A stretch of 62,634 nt of DNA, counting the filler, from Nemertoderma westbladi (Eukaryota > Animalia > Xenacoelomorpha): NCBI GenBank assembly GCA_032718475.1. It is 4 parts of 4 records of this genome, joined end to end, with 100 filler letters (N's around TTAATTAATTAA, not from the genome) between each part and the next. Parts side by side here need not be neighbours in the genome. Positions count along the whole stretch, not along the records: positions 1 to 20,918 come from JAUCBJ010005979.1; 3 more parts are not named here. One strand, given 5' to 3'. The notes under the pieces are model-generated. The model searched no databases. It saw nothing but the letters and a program-made list of their open reading frames with translations, and was not told the DNA's origin. Shown one piece after another: positions 1-13,478 of the stretch. The position numbers were made by a program, and so were the translations under genes. Position 1 is the stretch's first letter, and each line of letters opens with the position of its first letter.

Positions 1-105
1 AGCCATCGTCATGGTAGCGACGCTGTTTTCAAGAGTATCGAGCTTTTACGTCACGGAATTACGGATTATGTCCTCTAAAGTACAAATACAGAAGAAATAG
101 CTTTT

Positions 106-3100
106 ATGTCCGCTAAAACACCAGTACAGCAAGGACACGGCCTTTTTATGCCTGTTAAACCAACTACAGAGTATTTTACGGGAAAAATAAGGAAAAGTAA
201 CCAGACAATTCAGCAAAAGCTTTTACACTTGTCCACATGTTTCTTGTGTCTTAGACCAGGACATTTGCAACGCAAGTATAGACTAATAAACGAGAAAACG
301 TGTCCGGTGTATCAAAGCTTCCATCACCCCTTGCTACACCTAGAACAAGCCCCGAAAGGAGAAATAAACCAACGTGTACATTTCACCGATTGTGAGAGAG
401 ACTCGTCCGATGAAGGACCGGATGCATTCTATCCTGGAGAGTTTACAGATGACGATGAATGCTGTAACCATGTCAGTGTGTATGAAGCCTTTAGGGACCC
501 GCATCAGAAGATTGTCTCAAAATTGAGAACAATCCCAACACCCGGTCATTTCAGGATGCCGGAGTCAGAAAGTTTCCGGTGCTCCAAGTCCGGCTCCACG
601 CAGGAAGTAGTAGCGTTGTTGTAAATGCCTTAATGGACACAGGAAGTACGGGCACCTTCACAGATGCAGAGTTAGCAGAATCCTTGTTCGCCAGGGAACA
701 GGGCCATGACATGAAACTAACATTATCTGGGATAATGAAACGTTGGCAATCTACCATTGAGACAAGGTACTAGAAGGCATCCCTATCCACCCCGCAAGAT
801 ACCAGTGGTCTGGACAGGGTCTCTAACATCAAGATGGTCGTCATCCGGAATTTTGCCAAAAGTCAGGCCAAGGCCTACGACTGGGATGATGACACCCTTC
901 TATGTAATCATAACATTCCCCGTTTCACCCCAGACTACCCAGGCTACTACCCAGGCCAAAATGTACCCGAGGCCTTAGAAATTCTGGAGAAACGACTCAG
1001 ACATCCAGAACCAATGTCAGCCTAGGCCTGTCGGACGAGAGTGGGATGGTTCTGTACTGCGCCTTCCTGGAAAACTCTATTAGAACAAAAAGGACCGACA
1101 AATACAGACACTGACACTTGCAAATTAGTGACCTACCACTGCAATGAGATCATAGAGACCGAAGAGGACATATTGACTATCCCTGACCAAACTGACAGTG
1201 ATAGTGACGCATCCCTGTCCTCAGACCAAGACTGTTTCCTTACTAGGTACAGTGAACCCGACATCGTGTCCCCAATGACCGACCAAGAATTGCTTAACAC
1301 CCAGTTGCAGTTGTATAATTTACTGCACGCACCTCCCGACCTGCAGCAAGAACTGAGCAAGCTCGAGGAAGCCAGGCGTCTCTTATAACTAGAAGAGCAT
1401 ACCGTCACCTGGATGCAGCAGGAAATACTTGAGCAAAACTCCAATCACCAGGCATTGTCAGTAGAAGAGGAGTGAGCAAAACAGATTCAGCGAACCACAA
1501 CTAGGTTTTTACCGGAACAAGGCAAATACGAAGTGGGGCTTCTCTGGCGGTCCCCCCAACCCAAACTATTTAATAACGAGACGCTTGCGCATAAACGCAT
1601 TTTACAGCTTGAAAGACATCTCATCGCCAACTCGACAGCTCATGAGTTGTACAATGAGCAAATGGCTAAATTCATAAGCAGGGGATATGCGGAACTGTTC
1701 CCACCAGACACCCCCAAGACTGACCGGACATACTACCTTACTCACCATTACGTCGAACGGGAAGACAAACCAGGACGTATAGGGTAGTGTTCGATGGTTC
1801 GGCTAAGTACCAAGGACAATCCCTTAATTCGGAACTACCGAATTACGGAGCAGCCGTATATGCTACCATCATTGCTAAGAACGTGTTGGCACAGACAGAC
1901 TATACAGTAGTACGGACAGATTACTGGACAGACGCTGCGTTAGTTTTAGAATATCTGACCAACACGACATGCCAATTCAGCGTGTATGTGACAAACTGTG
2001 TAGCGCGGATCCTAAAGGACACTGATATCAAACAGTGGAGACACTGCCCTGGATTGTTAAATCCAGCCGACATTGCTTCTCGCTGAGCCACCCCTCAGGA
2101 ACTGATAGATACTAAGTGTTGGTTGCAAGGACCTGCCTTTTTGCAAGGCCCCGAAGATAGTTGGCCAATAAATTTAACACCTGCGGAGATAAGACAGCAA
2201 GCTAGCACCAAGACAGCAGCAAGTGCGGAAATCGCTAAGTCTAAGAACAAAGCGTCCAAATCGAAGCTATTCAAAAACATCGACATATCTTCACTGCATG
2301 TGAGCGAGACTGTGAATCCACAGAGCACCCCAGATAGTGAAGCCCTCATTACCCTCTCCTTTCCCGACTTGACTGACGGTCTTTCACCACTTATTAGCAG
2401 GGCCATGGATCACTATAGTTCCTGGCATAAACTTTGTTGTGCTGTTACCATACTGAAGCGTTACGTGTACTACCACTGTAATAAAAACAAAATCACACAA
2501 GATAGATTATTGGAGCATAAAGTCGACTATACCAATCAGCAGCTACTCTGACTATGCAAAATGCAAGAAAAGGCTCCGACGTACGAATATCACCTTAAGC
2601 ACCCCGCTACACAGTCGAACGATAAATTATCCAGTGTAATGTTCGAAGGCCTAATCAGAGTGGGAGGTAGACTCACAAACGCTCCCATTTCCCACGACAC
2701 GATATTTCCCATTATTATCTATGATCCCGCCATACAACGAAAGATAATACAGGATGTGCACAATCAGTTGTTGCATGCCGGGAGAGAACACATACTTAGT
2801 GAAGTAATGCACTAGGTATTACTTTGTAAAACCCAGGAAAGCCTTAAATAAAGTTCTGCGTAGCTGTTTACCCTGTAAGAAACTGTATTGCTAACCCATA
2901 ACTCAGTTAGAAGCTCCCTTACCTAAGGAATGCTTTAGCTGCTACGAGCCCCCCTTCACACACACGGGTGTAGACTTATTTGGACCAATAGAAGTCAAGA
3001 GGGCTCGAACCATGGTTAAAAGATGGTGCGTTATCTTCGTTTGCATGACATGCCGCGCCGTACAGCTGGACATGGTTAATGACATCTCTAGGAACAGCTT

Positions 3101-3961
3101 TATCCTGTGCTTACGTAGACAAATTACTGGATAGGGCACCAGCAATACAATGAAGTCAGATAAGGGGACTAACTTTATAGGGGCAAACAACGAGATAACA
3201 CGCTCTATAGAACAGTGGAACAAGGATCAAGTTGATGAACTGTTGAAGGTTTCTGCTTCCAGCTGGACCTTTAATGCCGCAAATGCACCCTGGTAGGGCG
3301 GGAGCTGGGAAAGATTGATTCGTAGCATAAAGGTAGCTTTCCACCATATACTACCCTGCAAGGCTTACCTTTATCAGATGAGATACTCCGTACTATCTTA
3401 GAGGAAGTCACTGCTTACCTGAATAGTCGACCCCTCATGCCCGTTTCAGCCAGCACCAAAGCGCTAGAGGCCCTCACACCAGCCCAATTTCTGATGAAAA
3501 AGAAAGTAGTGTTGTTACCAGTCTCAAAACCCGAGGACGGTGACGAGTTATTGCAACAGACCTGGAAGATTACTCAACTGCTGTCAAGCCGATTCGCAAA
3601 CCACTTTGAGCGATTTTATCTTCCCAGCATACAACTCAGGAACAAATGGTTTTCCGTGAAAGACAACGCCAGAGTAGGAGACATGGTATTAGTATTGGAT
3701 CCTGATCTCCCGCGGAAATATTGGCAGACAGCGCGCATAGTAGAAACACACGTCAGCGCGCATGGCCTGGTAAGATCAGTGGATCTAGTAGTGCTGAGGG
3801 AAAAGAGCAAGCTAAAGTTCGTCCCCCAGAGACTCAACCGTCCTATAGGCCGCCTCTGCCTGCTAGAAATGGCACGTGAAGAATCTGGCAACTATGGCAA
3901 GCAAGAAGTCAAGCCAACAGACTTGACATATTTTTTATTCCAAGTTCTTGAAACGACTTGA
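106..3961 (+). mobile_element. Decayed Bel/Pao LTR retrotransposon gag-pol (many stops/frameshifts, RT core deleted)
   Basis: Ordered motifs: Zn knuckle CFLCLRPGH, protease ALMDTGS, pre-RT YYLTHHYV..FDGSAK..SLNSEL, RNase H YWTDA..WRHCPGLLNPADIASR, integrase GVDLFGPI..RWCVIFVC..SDKGTNFIGA..GGSWERLI, C-terminal YLPSIQLRNKW..GDMVLV..RPIGRLCLLE typical of Bel/Pao. Confidence 0.93.
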
Positions 3962-5735
3962 AACTTGAAACTTGAAAGAACTTGAAACGTTCGAGTGCGC
4001 TGCATATCACAGTCATGCGTGGGAACGGGTTATGTTGCATCGTTAACCACTGACCCCATACGTTTTTAAAAATATGCCATATATTCAGTTTGACAGGCAA
4101 ACGTAATTTATTCTTACATTGCTTACGTCCCCAAATAACAATACTAGTTCTAGAACAATTGCGAATAAAATGACATAAACAATAGGACTGTGGGATGTTT
4201 CATGATAAACTGTTTTATACACAGTGCATGAAACTTGATCCTATGAAACATGATTCTAGAACATTCTAGAATACTATTAAGAAAAGTGGGAGGTTTCATG
4301 ATAAGTCGTTATACACACGATGCATGAAACCTGAGCAACATGTTGTGACGACGCATGTATGTCTTGACAACATGTTGTGAGAAGTCTTTAGTACATGACG
4401 CGCAGCCAACCAAATCCCGTAATAATTGTATGATGACGGTGATAATACAATTGAATGCGGAATCCATATCCTTTATTTCGGTTAATCCAAACTCTGGGTA
4501 AATTCTGGAGACGGCCCACCACTTCTTGTATAACCCGAGTACATAAGGGAGTAACAAATTAAATTAAAATAAACTACATTAGTGATGATAAGTCGGTCAT
4601 TATTAAACATGACGCATGACAATAACAAACCTTGGTTTTGCTGTATTATGACAGCCCAATAATACATGAATGCAGAGTCTTAAATACTACTCATGCTTCT
4701 TGTCAATCGCCAGAGTACAGTAAGAGATGTCTATTATTAGTTGGCTTGAAACTTCAAGAACCAACATAGCTTGATATTGATTAATACAATATCATATTCA
4801 TATAAATCCATTCAAGTCACTGTAATAATAAGCCTTACGGGAACGGTCGCGGTCCACTTAGTGGCTCTCTCCCAAGTGATGAGTAAACCTAGTTTAAGTC
4901 ACTAGATCGCGTAAATCTATATTTATATTATCCATTAATGGTTTAATACCACCAACCCTTTAATCACGACATTAATACGACAATAGTATAAACACCGATA
5001 CTATACAGACAAACACCACAACCAAGTAAATAAATTAAATAATACAACCAACAAAGACGTAATAATATCACAGTAGACCCAGATCTGTGTGAATGAGCAA
5101 TACCCTATTCTACCGCTATATTTACCGAATATTGATCCTTGATAAATTAATAGCAAATTTAAAACATTGGGACGCTGGTGTGTCGCTCGCGCAACCTTTC
5201 TAGAGTTTTATCGTATATTTTTCCTAAAATTAATACCTTGAAATTTATTTACTAAGTATCCATATATTTAAAATCATTCATTTAAAATATCAACATTCAG
5301 GAAATAGTAGGTTGTTTTGTAACGGAATTTGTGCGTGTTATGGCATTGGGTGTGTTAGTTTGCATGATAGTACAAATAACAGCTATTCTCTGTGTGTTTA
5401 CTGTAGCGAACCGAAACCCTATTGCAGACTAATTTCAGTTGTACTACAACAGTCGATACAACCCCCGATTGACAGCCCTTGGAGTGTCCGGTCTCGAGCT
5501 TCCCCTGCGCGTTAGCCGCTTGTCTTCCACCCGTTCTTCCACATCTGTTGGCTAGGGAGTAGACATAATGGCGCTAACGTGGCCAGGGGCGGCTTGGGTC
5601 CATGTTGGGCTGGGGATACAGGGCGGCTCAGCATTGCAGGTCCTATACGAACTCAAGTTATTATAACAATTATATCGACTCATTGGTTTGCTTTTGTTGA
5701 ATTATTAATATATTTACACATTGTTGATAACAATT

Positions 5736-7685
5736 ATGGATACTTCTAATGACGACTCAATAGATAATCTCGATACACAGCGACAACGACTCTCGGAGGA
5801 ATATAACCGGAGTATGAGAAACATTTATGGATTTCCGTCGCCTCATCCACTGGAACTTGGATGTAGCCTACCTTGAAGATGATATGAGATATGTCGAACA
5901 AACACAAATATACGTGACACGCCTAGTTATGAATTTATAAGAATAGCTCGTGGAGAACCCGGTTCATTGGATACTTCATGGACACCAGTAGAACTGACCA
6001 CCGAAGTGGCTAATGCTGAATGGTTACATACAGTCAATGCTATCCACAGTTACGGCGTTATGATCTACGATAACGAAGGCTCAGCACCGGATCCAGAGCT
6101 CGGTTCAACTCGGTTGATTCATATCCGCGGCCTCACTGGAGCCACGCACGTTTTTACGCGTACTTATCGTGATACCAACAGTGTTTTCCCAGCCTTGACC
6201 ATGTATCAACGCCGCGCGAGACATCAACAGTTTGTTAAAGCAGAGGCTTGGACATTCTCTTAGACGAATCAATTTATAAACTCGGTTCAGCCATATATCG
6301 GGATTTGACAGACAATTTCCCGATCATCCACAACATACCCTATCCCTTTGTCGACACCCTTCCTTGGGTGCAATCCCGCGGCTTCTTCCGGGTCATGTAT
6401 CAATGTAACGCTAACGATACATATAGCAGAGTTGACTGTACTTCCTCTGGCCACATCGCATTTCAAGAGTATGGTTTAAACTTCAAAGAGACCAATCGCG
6501 AGACGTATTCCAAGGTCTATGGTGATTCATATTCGCCTTATTACTTTAAAGGACCACTTACCGCCCCTGGCGCTGTATATAGCTTCATGAGCGTCCCTTT
6601 GTGCCCCTTGTTAGCGATATACCTCATATTCGAAAACCAAGCGTTATCAGGATGGCTTGCGGATGTCTGTAGCCGTATGCTGAGAGCGCACCCGTTGTTG
6701 TTGGGAACACAACTTGCCAAACTCGATGAACTTGGTAAATTCCTGAACTGAATGCTTTCGGCGTTTCCTAACCCCATTTGCCAACATTCACTGTCAGTTT
6801 CGTGTGAAGTTACTGTCTCAGCAAGAGCTACGTCGCTCCGCAGTGGATGAGCTAGCCAGTGGCGGCTTTGCCATATTCAGAGACGTATGTATTTCCAATC
6901 TCCATCAATCGGTGATCGAGAGACCCATTATCAAACCTGGTTTCTCAGTTGGACAAATACAGACTGACGTTATGGACGTCCCCGACCAAGCGGAGGAACC
7001 AATCCACCTAGAAGCGACCTCAGTAGCCACCACTACTGTCGTGCTCACCCCGGACAACGAGTCCACCTGGATTGACTGGTATCGCGGGACCGAGCAGCTC
7101 ACAGTTCGAGGTTTCCGTTATGTGTATTTTCACAAACATGTCCGTTGTGCGCATTGTGGTCTTTGCATACACAAGGCTCCCACACAACCTGGAGTTCTTT
7201 GTGAGCGCCTCACTGATAGTCATATCAAACTTGATTGTCCGTACTGCCTTATTAACGACGATCACATCTTCTTCTCCTGTTTGGCTTTGCCACCAAGTAC
7301 GAGCGTTGCCAACTTATGAAACAAGTGTCACACAATGTATCCGATTGTGGGAAGGATGCGCAGATCTCAACGCGATTACCATATCCCGATACGCCGTAGC
7401 AAAAGCTCACCTCAGTGTATACGCAGTTGGCCCCTTCACCTGCGCAAAAGATGTTCGGCATGCTTGGCTACCGAGTTACAAGCTCCTCAACTGTGTAGCT
7501 TCTTGCTCGAACACCCGCTTCATCCGACGCTTCCTTCGCAAGATACATCCATAGTGCGCGATGTCTTCAGCGAACACACTCAACGTGAAAGGGCTGTGCC
7601 TCCGAGAATTTTCCTCGGCAAGCAACCCCCATTTGGTGTTGTTACCCAAACTCTCCCCTGCGGACCAGTGCAGGCTGCTGTGTGA
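5736..7685 (+). pseudogene. Frameshifted ORF: DEDDy (RNase D/WRN/EXD-like) 3'-5' exonuclease followed by Cys/His zinc-knuckle region
   Basis: Joined fragments give ExoI-like VMIYDNEG (~6057-6080), LIHI, ExoII-like LDILLDESIYKLGSAIYRDL (6248-6307), FVDT, and a degenerate ExoIII-like LTAPGAVYSFM. Downstream: CAHCGLCIH, CPYCLINDDHIFFSC. Confidence 0.6.
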
Positions 7686-9017
7686 AAGGGCTTAGCTGCT
7701 CATCCGGGATTAGAGATCCGTCGACCAGCTGTCGACTCGGGCGCAATGAGACTGGTTGAATTCCTGTCCTTGCCTGGTACCTCCACCGGGACATACACCG
7801 ACCATCCCACTTCACCTACACCAGACGCTAATACTAGCTACATACTAAATACTAGCTAAATACTAGCTAGTAAAAGAAAAACACTAGCTATATAGGCCTA
7901 CCATTGAAAATATATACTAAGGTTCTAGAATATTCACCAATATTAAAAAACACTAAAAAAAACAATATTATTTTTTTTTTCAAGAATAAGATATACTAGC
8001 TAGTAAAAAAACACTAGCTAACATAAAAAATATCGGCACTACTGAACTTTAGGGCCCAAAAATTGATTGGAACTAAACAAATATTATTGCAAAGGAGATT
8101 CAGTTGATGGTATATTTTTTAGCATCATACGTTTTTTAATACTCAACTGCATTTTATTAAATAATTGATTTCTAGAATATACTTTAATTAAATAACTTTT
8201 GAAGAATAATTGTAACAATATATATTCTAGAATGTCTATTTTAGTATAATTAAAACTAAACAAATTAGTACCGCTAGTAAGTTACTGCATGTACTGATCT
8301 GACAGTGATACAGAATGATTACTCAGCAGTTATTATTCCCCGGGAAAGAATAACTCAGCAATAGAACTCTATGTTAATTTAGTTATTCCCCATTACAAAC
8401 TGTTTAAAATAACAATACAATGGTGGGCTATGTAAAAAAATATCCGAATTCGCCCTAGGGAAAATAACCAGTTATTAATCCTATCCCGCTTTTGGTAGCT
8501 TAGTTACAGCCAATCAATTAGAATATAAAAATAAAATATAAATTATTCGCATATTAATAGGTTCCATCCACTAGCTACCATGGTTACAATTCACAACCAA
8601 TTTGTTTAGAACTTATTGCAGAGTTGTTGTCAGCAGATGATCCCGTAAGACAGCGACAGTAATGTACAGAGGCCTTGCATACGTGGATGGTATGTAGTAG
8701 GTATAGTAAATCTGGAACCGATTTTAAAGATTGAGACTGATAATATGAGGAGAGTTCTAGAAATTCACATTTGTTGCAATTCCTTCAATGATCAAATGTC
8801 CCTTTCATATTCAAGCAACTGAAATTTATGGTAGCTATATTTTAGATAAACATAGCTATTATTTTCGGCACTACTGGTTCCGTTCTCCTACTTTCCCCTA
8901 TAAATTTTTTATCGTAGCATTTGTTAATTTTTATATATAATTTCATTTTTTTATACTGTAGTTCCTTTTGAAAAAATATTATTCTAGAAGGAATACCGTT
9001 TTGACTAGAGTTCCTTA

Positions 9018-9585
9018 TAGCACTATATTTTTAAAACAAATATCATTGTTACTATGTCAACTTTAAAGAGTTGTAGAACAAATGAAACATATTATATACT
9101 ATTCTAGAACATAAATAAAAAAAATATATTACTTTCTAGAACATATAGCTAATTTTTATTAATTTAAAAATAGCTAGTAAATTAAATATAATTGTATTTA
9201 AATGAATTTCTGAATACATGTAAATGAATATTGAAAATTTGTATATTGGTAACATATACCAGTAGCTAGTTTTTTTTAATTAAAATACAGTAGCTACCGG
9301 TAGTAGATTAAAAAAATGTATTTTTAAGTAAATTTCAAAATACATTTAAATGAATATTGAAAATTTCCAAACTACAGTACCAAACATTAATAAAAAAAAG
9401 TTTTTTATATTTTTTTAAAATTTCTAGCTATTTTAAAATTGAAAAATAACTAGCTATATGTTCTAGAACGTTATATTTTTAATTTTATTTATGTTCTAGA
9501 ATAGTGTATAATATTTATATTGTGTTCTAGAACTCTACAATGTTGCCATGGTATCCATGATTTATGGAATAAAAATGTAGTGCTA
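9018..9585. mobile_element. Degenerate AT-rich inverted repeat (MITE-like)
   Basis: Arm ~9018-9180 (tagcactatattttt...ttctagaacatatagcta...aaaatagctag) is an imperfect reverse complement of ~9423-9585. Confidence 0.65.
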
Positions 9586-10579
9586 CACGGATACGGAATA
9601 GTTACCTTAGTTTTAATATTGTCTGCGTCAAAAGAGTCAGTCCCCCTATCTGCAAAACTGTAATAACAAAAGTACTACACCGCAGTCACAGTTATAGTTA
9701 TAGTATTTGATAACTTAATGTGCACTTAATTTCTAGGTATACTATCTAATTAAATAACGTTATCTGAGCACTCGAGAGCAGAAATTAAACAACGCGACTC
9801 CTTTCCATCAATTAGTATCAAATTTAAACATTCACGATTTTTTGCTTCAAAGGAAGTTCTACATACAGGCGTGCGACATGATGGTAGGCCAGTGGCGGCG
9901 GGTGTGTACTTTAACGACCACCCAACAACGGTTATTCAAGAAACATCGAACGTTGGCGAGATGGGGGGGGGGGGGGGGGGGTGAAATTTGACCCATCTCG
10001 GCGAATTCATATTTCGTCTTAATGTTAAATTAAAAATTAAGGGAAATGAGCGGGTTACAATTGCACATACTGTAATTCTAACCAAAACAATAAATTAAAG
10101 ACAATAGAAAAGGTTACAGTTGTATTTTTAGGAGTGATCGGCTGTTATCTGCGTCGATTTTACCCTGGAGCGGCATAAAACTAAAAAAAAGTAAAATTTT
10201 TATTCGGCCGTTACGCCAGGGATTACGTGCAAAGTTTGACAACTTATTTCCAGTGCGGTACCTCTCGAACTATACTCCCCAATGGAAAAGCCAGTACTCA
10301 TTTAGCTATCATTTAAGGATGCAAGCAAAAATGCGCCCTTGTTACACCCGCTTTTTATTCCGTCGAAAGTCCCCTTATCTGTAGCTGGGAAATATATCTG
10401 AGAAATAGAGCTATAAAATTTACGCTGTTACCTACTATATAAATACATAATTTCATAAATTTATTGCTCTACTGTAGAAAGGCCATATATGAAAGCATTT
10501 AAAATGACTGAAATAGTAGACATAAAATAAGATTACTGAAATAATGTCTACCATAAGTCATAGTTGACAGTCATAGTCA

Positions 10580-11704
10580 AGCGCATTTTCTGACCAAAAA
10601 GTCGAATTTTTGAAACATATCCTATCTGATGCAGAATTTCATGCTGAATCCAAATATGGAAACCGTTTTCCCATATCTTGCTTAGTTTTCGAGATATCTG
10701 TGATAGAAGATACTGGCTTCGATATATCGCGATATCGGTAAGGCGATAAAGTTTGGGGTTTACATTCAATTTCTGCAAATTTCTGTGCTCAGTGGTGCTA
10801 ATTGGATGTCTCCACGAGAAAGAGCACAAAATTTTAATTGAGAAGGTTTTTTTTTATGATTATTGGACCTACTGATCAGTTTATAAGACAACTTCATGTC
10901 TACGGAATGAAGACGGGACTCGAATAAGCGACTCTGCGGTCTTTGCGGGATTACACGGAATAGACTTATCGGTCATCGGAGATCTTCAAAATGTATAATC
11001 TCCAGTTCTAGTGGTCGTACGGAGTTCGTTTAGGGCTCATTCGCAAGCTCTTTTCTCAGAGACCAAAGTTACCATTTGGTTTGGCAAACTCTTGAAAGCT
11101 ACCTGAGCAATCATAACTTGAACAAAATTTGCAAGGCATATTTTACCAAAATTCATGTTATGTTGCTTTAGAACCATTTTGTCTTAAATCAAATGGTAAC
11201 TTTGTTCTCTAAGAAAAGAGCTTTCGAATGAGCCTAAAACCAACTTCGTACGACCACTAGAACTGGAGATTATACATTTTGAAGATCTCCAATGACCGAT
11301 AAGTCTATTCCGTGTAATCCCGCAAAGACCCCAGAGTCGCTTATTCGAGTCCCGTCTTCATTCCGGAGACTTGAAGTTGTCTTATAAACTGATCAGTAGG
11401 TCCAATAATCATAAAAAAACACATTCTCAATTAAAATTTTGTGCTCTTTCTCGTGGAGACATCCAATTGGCACCAATTGGCACAGAAATTTGCAGAAATT
11501 GAATGCAAACCCCAAACTTCATCGCCTTACCGATATCGCGATATATCGGAGCCAGTATCTTCTATGCCAGATATCTCGACAACTAAGCAAGATATGGGAA
11601 AACGGTTTCCATATTTGGATTCAGCATGAAATTCTGCATCAGATAGGATATGTTTCAAAAATTCGTCTTTTTGGTCAGAAAATGCGCTACCCCCCCCCCC
11701 CTTA
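10580..11704. mobile_element. Fold-back non-autonomous DNA transposon with ~500-bp inverted arms
   Basis: 10580-~11082 is the reverse complement of ~11186-11688 (the ORF track gives near-identical peptides on opposite strands). The right end reads CCCC..CCTTAA. Confidence 0.85.
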
Positions 11705-13360
11705 AATAACCGGGAAAATAACTCAATAATAGGGTAATAAATATAGTTATTTTTAATAACGAACCTGCCTATTAATAGGCCAGTGTTAGCTTATTCAATT
11801 CCGCTAATCACCCCATAAAGTGAGCCATTAAGCAATATTGGGGAACACGAGGGTGATTAATCAACCTCGTGTCACCCCAACAAAGTGGGAAGAACACACA
11901 CACAATAGGGGTCAGGGGTTACACCCCTGAGAGAGAGGAGAGTAACAGCAGCGGGGGGGGGGGGGGGGGGGGGGGGGAAACACCACCGCAGGGCAGAGGG
12001 TGTGAAATAGGTTATTAGCCAATGGGGGGAAGGCATCGGCTGAGTAGTATAGTGCGGCCAACCGTGCAATATATATTACCAGTTGATTGTGTCATTTAAT
12101 CAGTTTTAGTTAGTCAGATCAGTTAGGGTGGAACGGCAACATCTATTACCGTCCACTACCGTCACCATATCATTTAATCAGTATTTACCGGTATATCATT
12201 TTAACCCTATTGACCGTGCTCGCACTACTCGTTTATTATATTTTATACATATGAACTTCAGGACTCTCAACTTAACTGACCCTTTTCATACACACGGCGG
12301 GGACGCGTAAATAGATAAACCCAAACGGATAAATCGGGATCCGTAGATCCCGTCACAGTAATAGATGCCAACAGCCCGAACTGACTGCTAGCCACCAAGC
12401 CATAGATGAGTCGAACAGGAGAGACGACACCGCCGCAGACCCCGGACGGCGATCTAACGATCCGCGAGGCCGCGACAAGACGGTATGGACCCACGACGCT
12501 GGACCCATCGGTAACGGGCGATCCGGCGATCCAAGATGAGGGGGGCCGTCTACAACCGGAGAGCGAGTCGAGAGAAGGAGGAGACAAGACGGGAGAGGAG
12601 AAAGACGAGTCGACACGGAGCGAGGGTCGACGTACCGATGTCGCCGGCCAGCCACAGGCCGAGGGCGACGGACGGCCCACCGGAACGGCGACGGTGGGGC
12701 CGACGGTACGACGCCGGACCCGGAGAGATAGAGGATATGTCGGCGATGAGGACGTCGCGGTCAGCGATCGACTTCGACGGGCCTACAATGCGACCCAGAA
12801 GCTACTTAAAGAGGCCAAAGGAGGGGCGAAGATAGATGAGGTAAAGTTGAAGAAAAGACTAGGTGAGTCGAACGAACACTTTAACTACCTACTGCGCTTT
12901 GGGCAGAGAGAACTAGCCGAGGAGAGAGCGAGAGGGGTTGCCAGCGAACTGTGTGATCTATGGGAGTGTAGGGGTATGCAGCCTAGTGTAGTGTACATAG
13001 GGCCATACTTAGTCGATGCCCGGGGACAAAAATTAGTGGGTTGGAGGAGACTGCAGGAGGGCGGACCCAAGGTTAACCCCGAGGATTCGGTCTCGTCGGT
13101 CGGAGGAAGTTCCGGGAGGCGGGGGAAAGTTAGTAGGATGGGAAGATGGAGGGAATCCGTCACAACTGATAAGTCTGCTACATCCTCCGCAAAAGGAAGA
13201 TGGGTGGCGGAAATAAATCTGGCGTGCGAACTCGATCTGGCAGCGCAAAGTCAGAGAGAATTCGAGAGACGGTTAGAGGAAGAGAGCGCGCTATTAGAGA
13301 AGGAGAAAGAACTAGTTAGAGAAAATAGAGAGAAAGCTGAGAAGGTCGCGAGAAGCTTTA

Positions 13361-13478
13361 GGGAGCGTGAGGCGAGGGAGCATAGTGAGCGAAAGGAGCG
13401 TGAGGCAAGGGAGCATAGTGAGCGAAATGAGCGTGAGGCGAGAGAGCAAAGTGAGTGCAAGGAGCGTGAGGCGAGAGA
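13361..13478 (+). repeat. 33-bp coding tandem repeat (REAREHSERKE) x~3.5 in the Gag N-terminal extension
   Basis: gagcgtgaggcgagggagcatagtgagcgaaag repeated. Confidence 0.85.
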
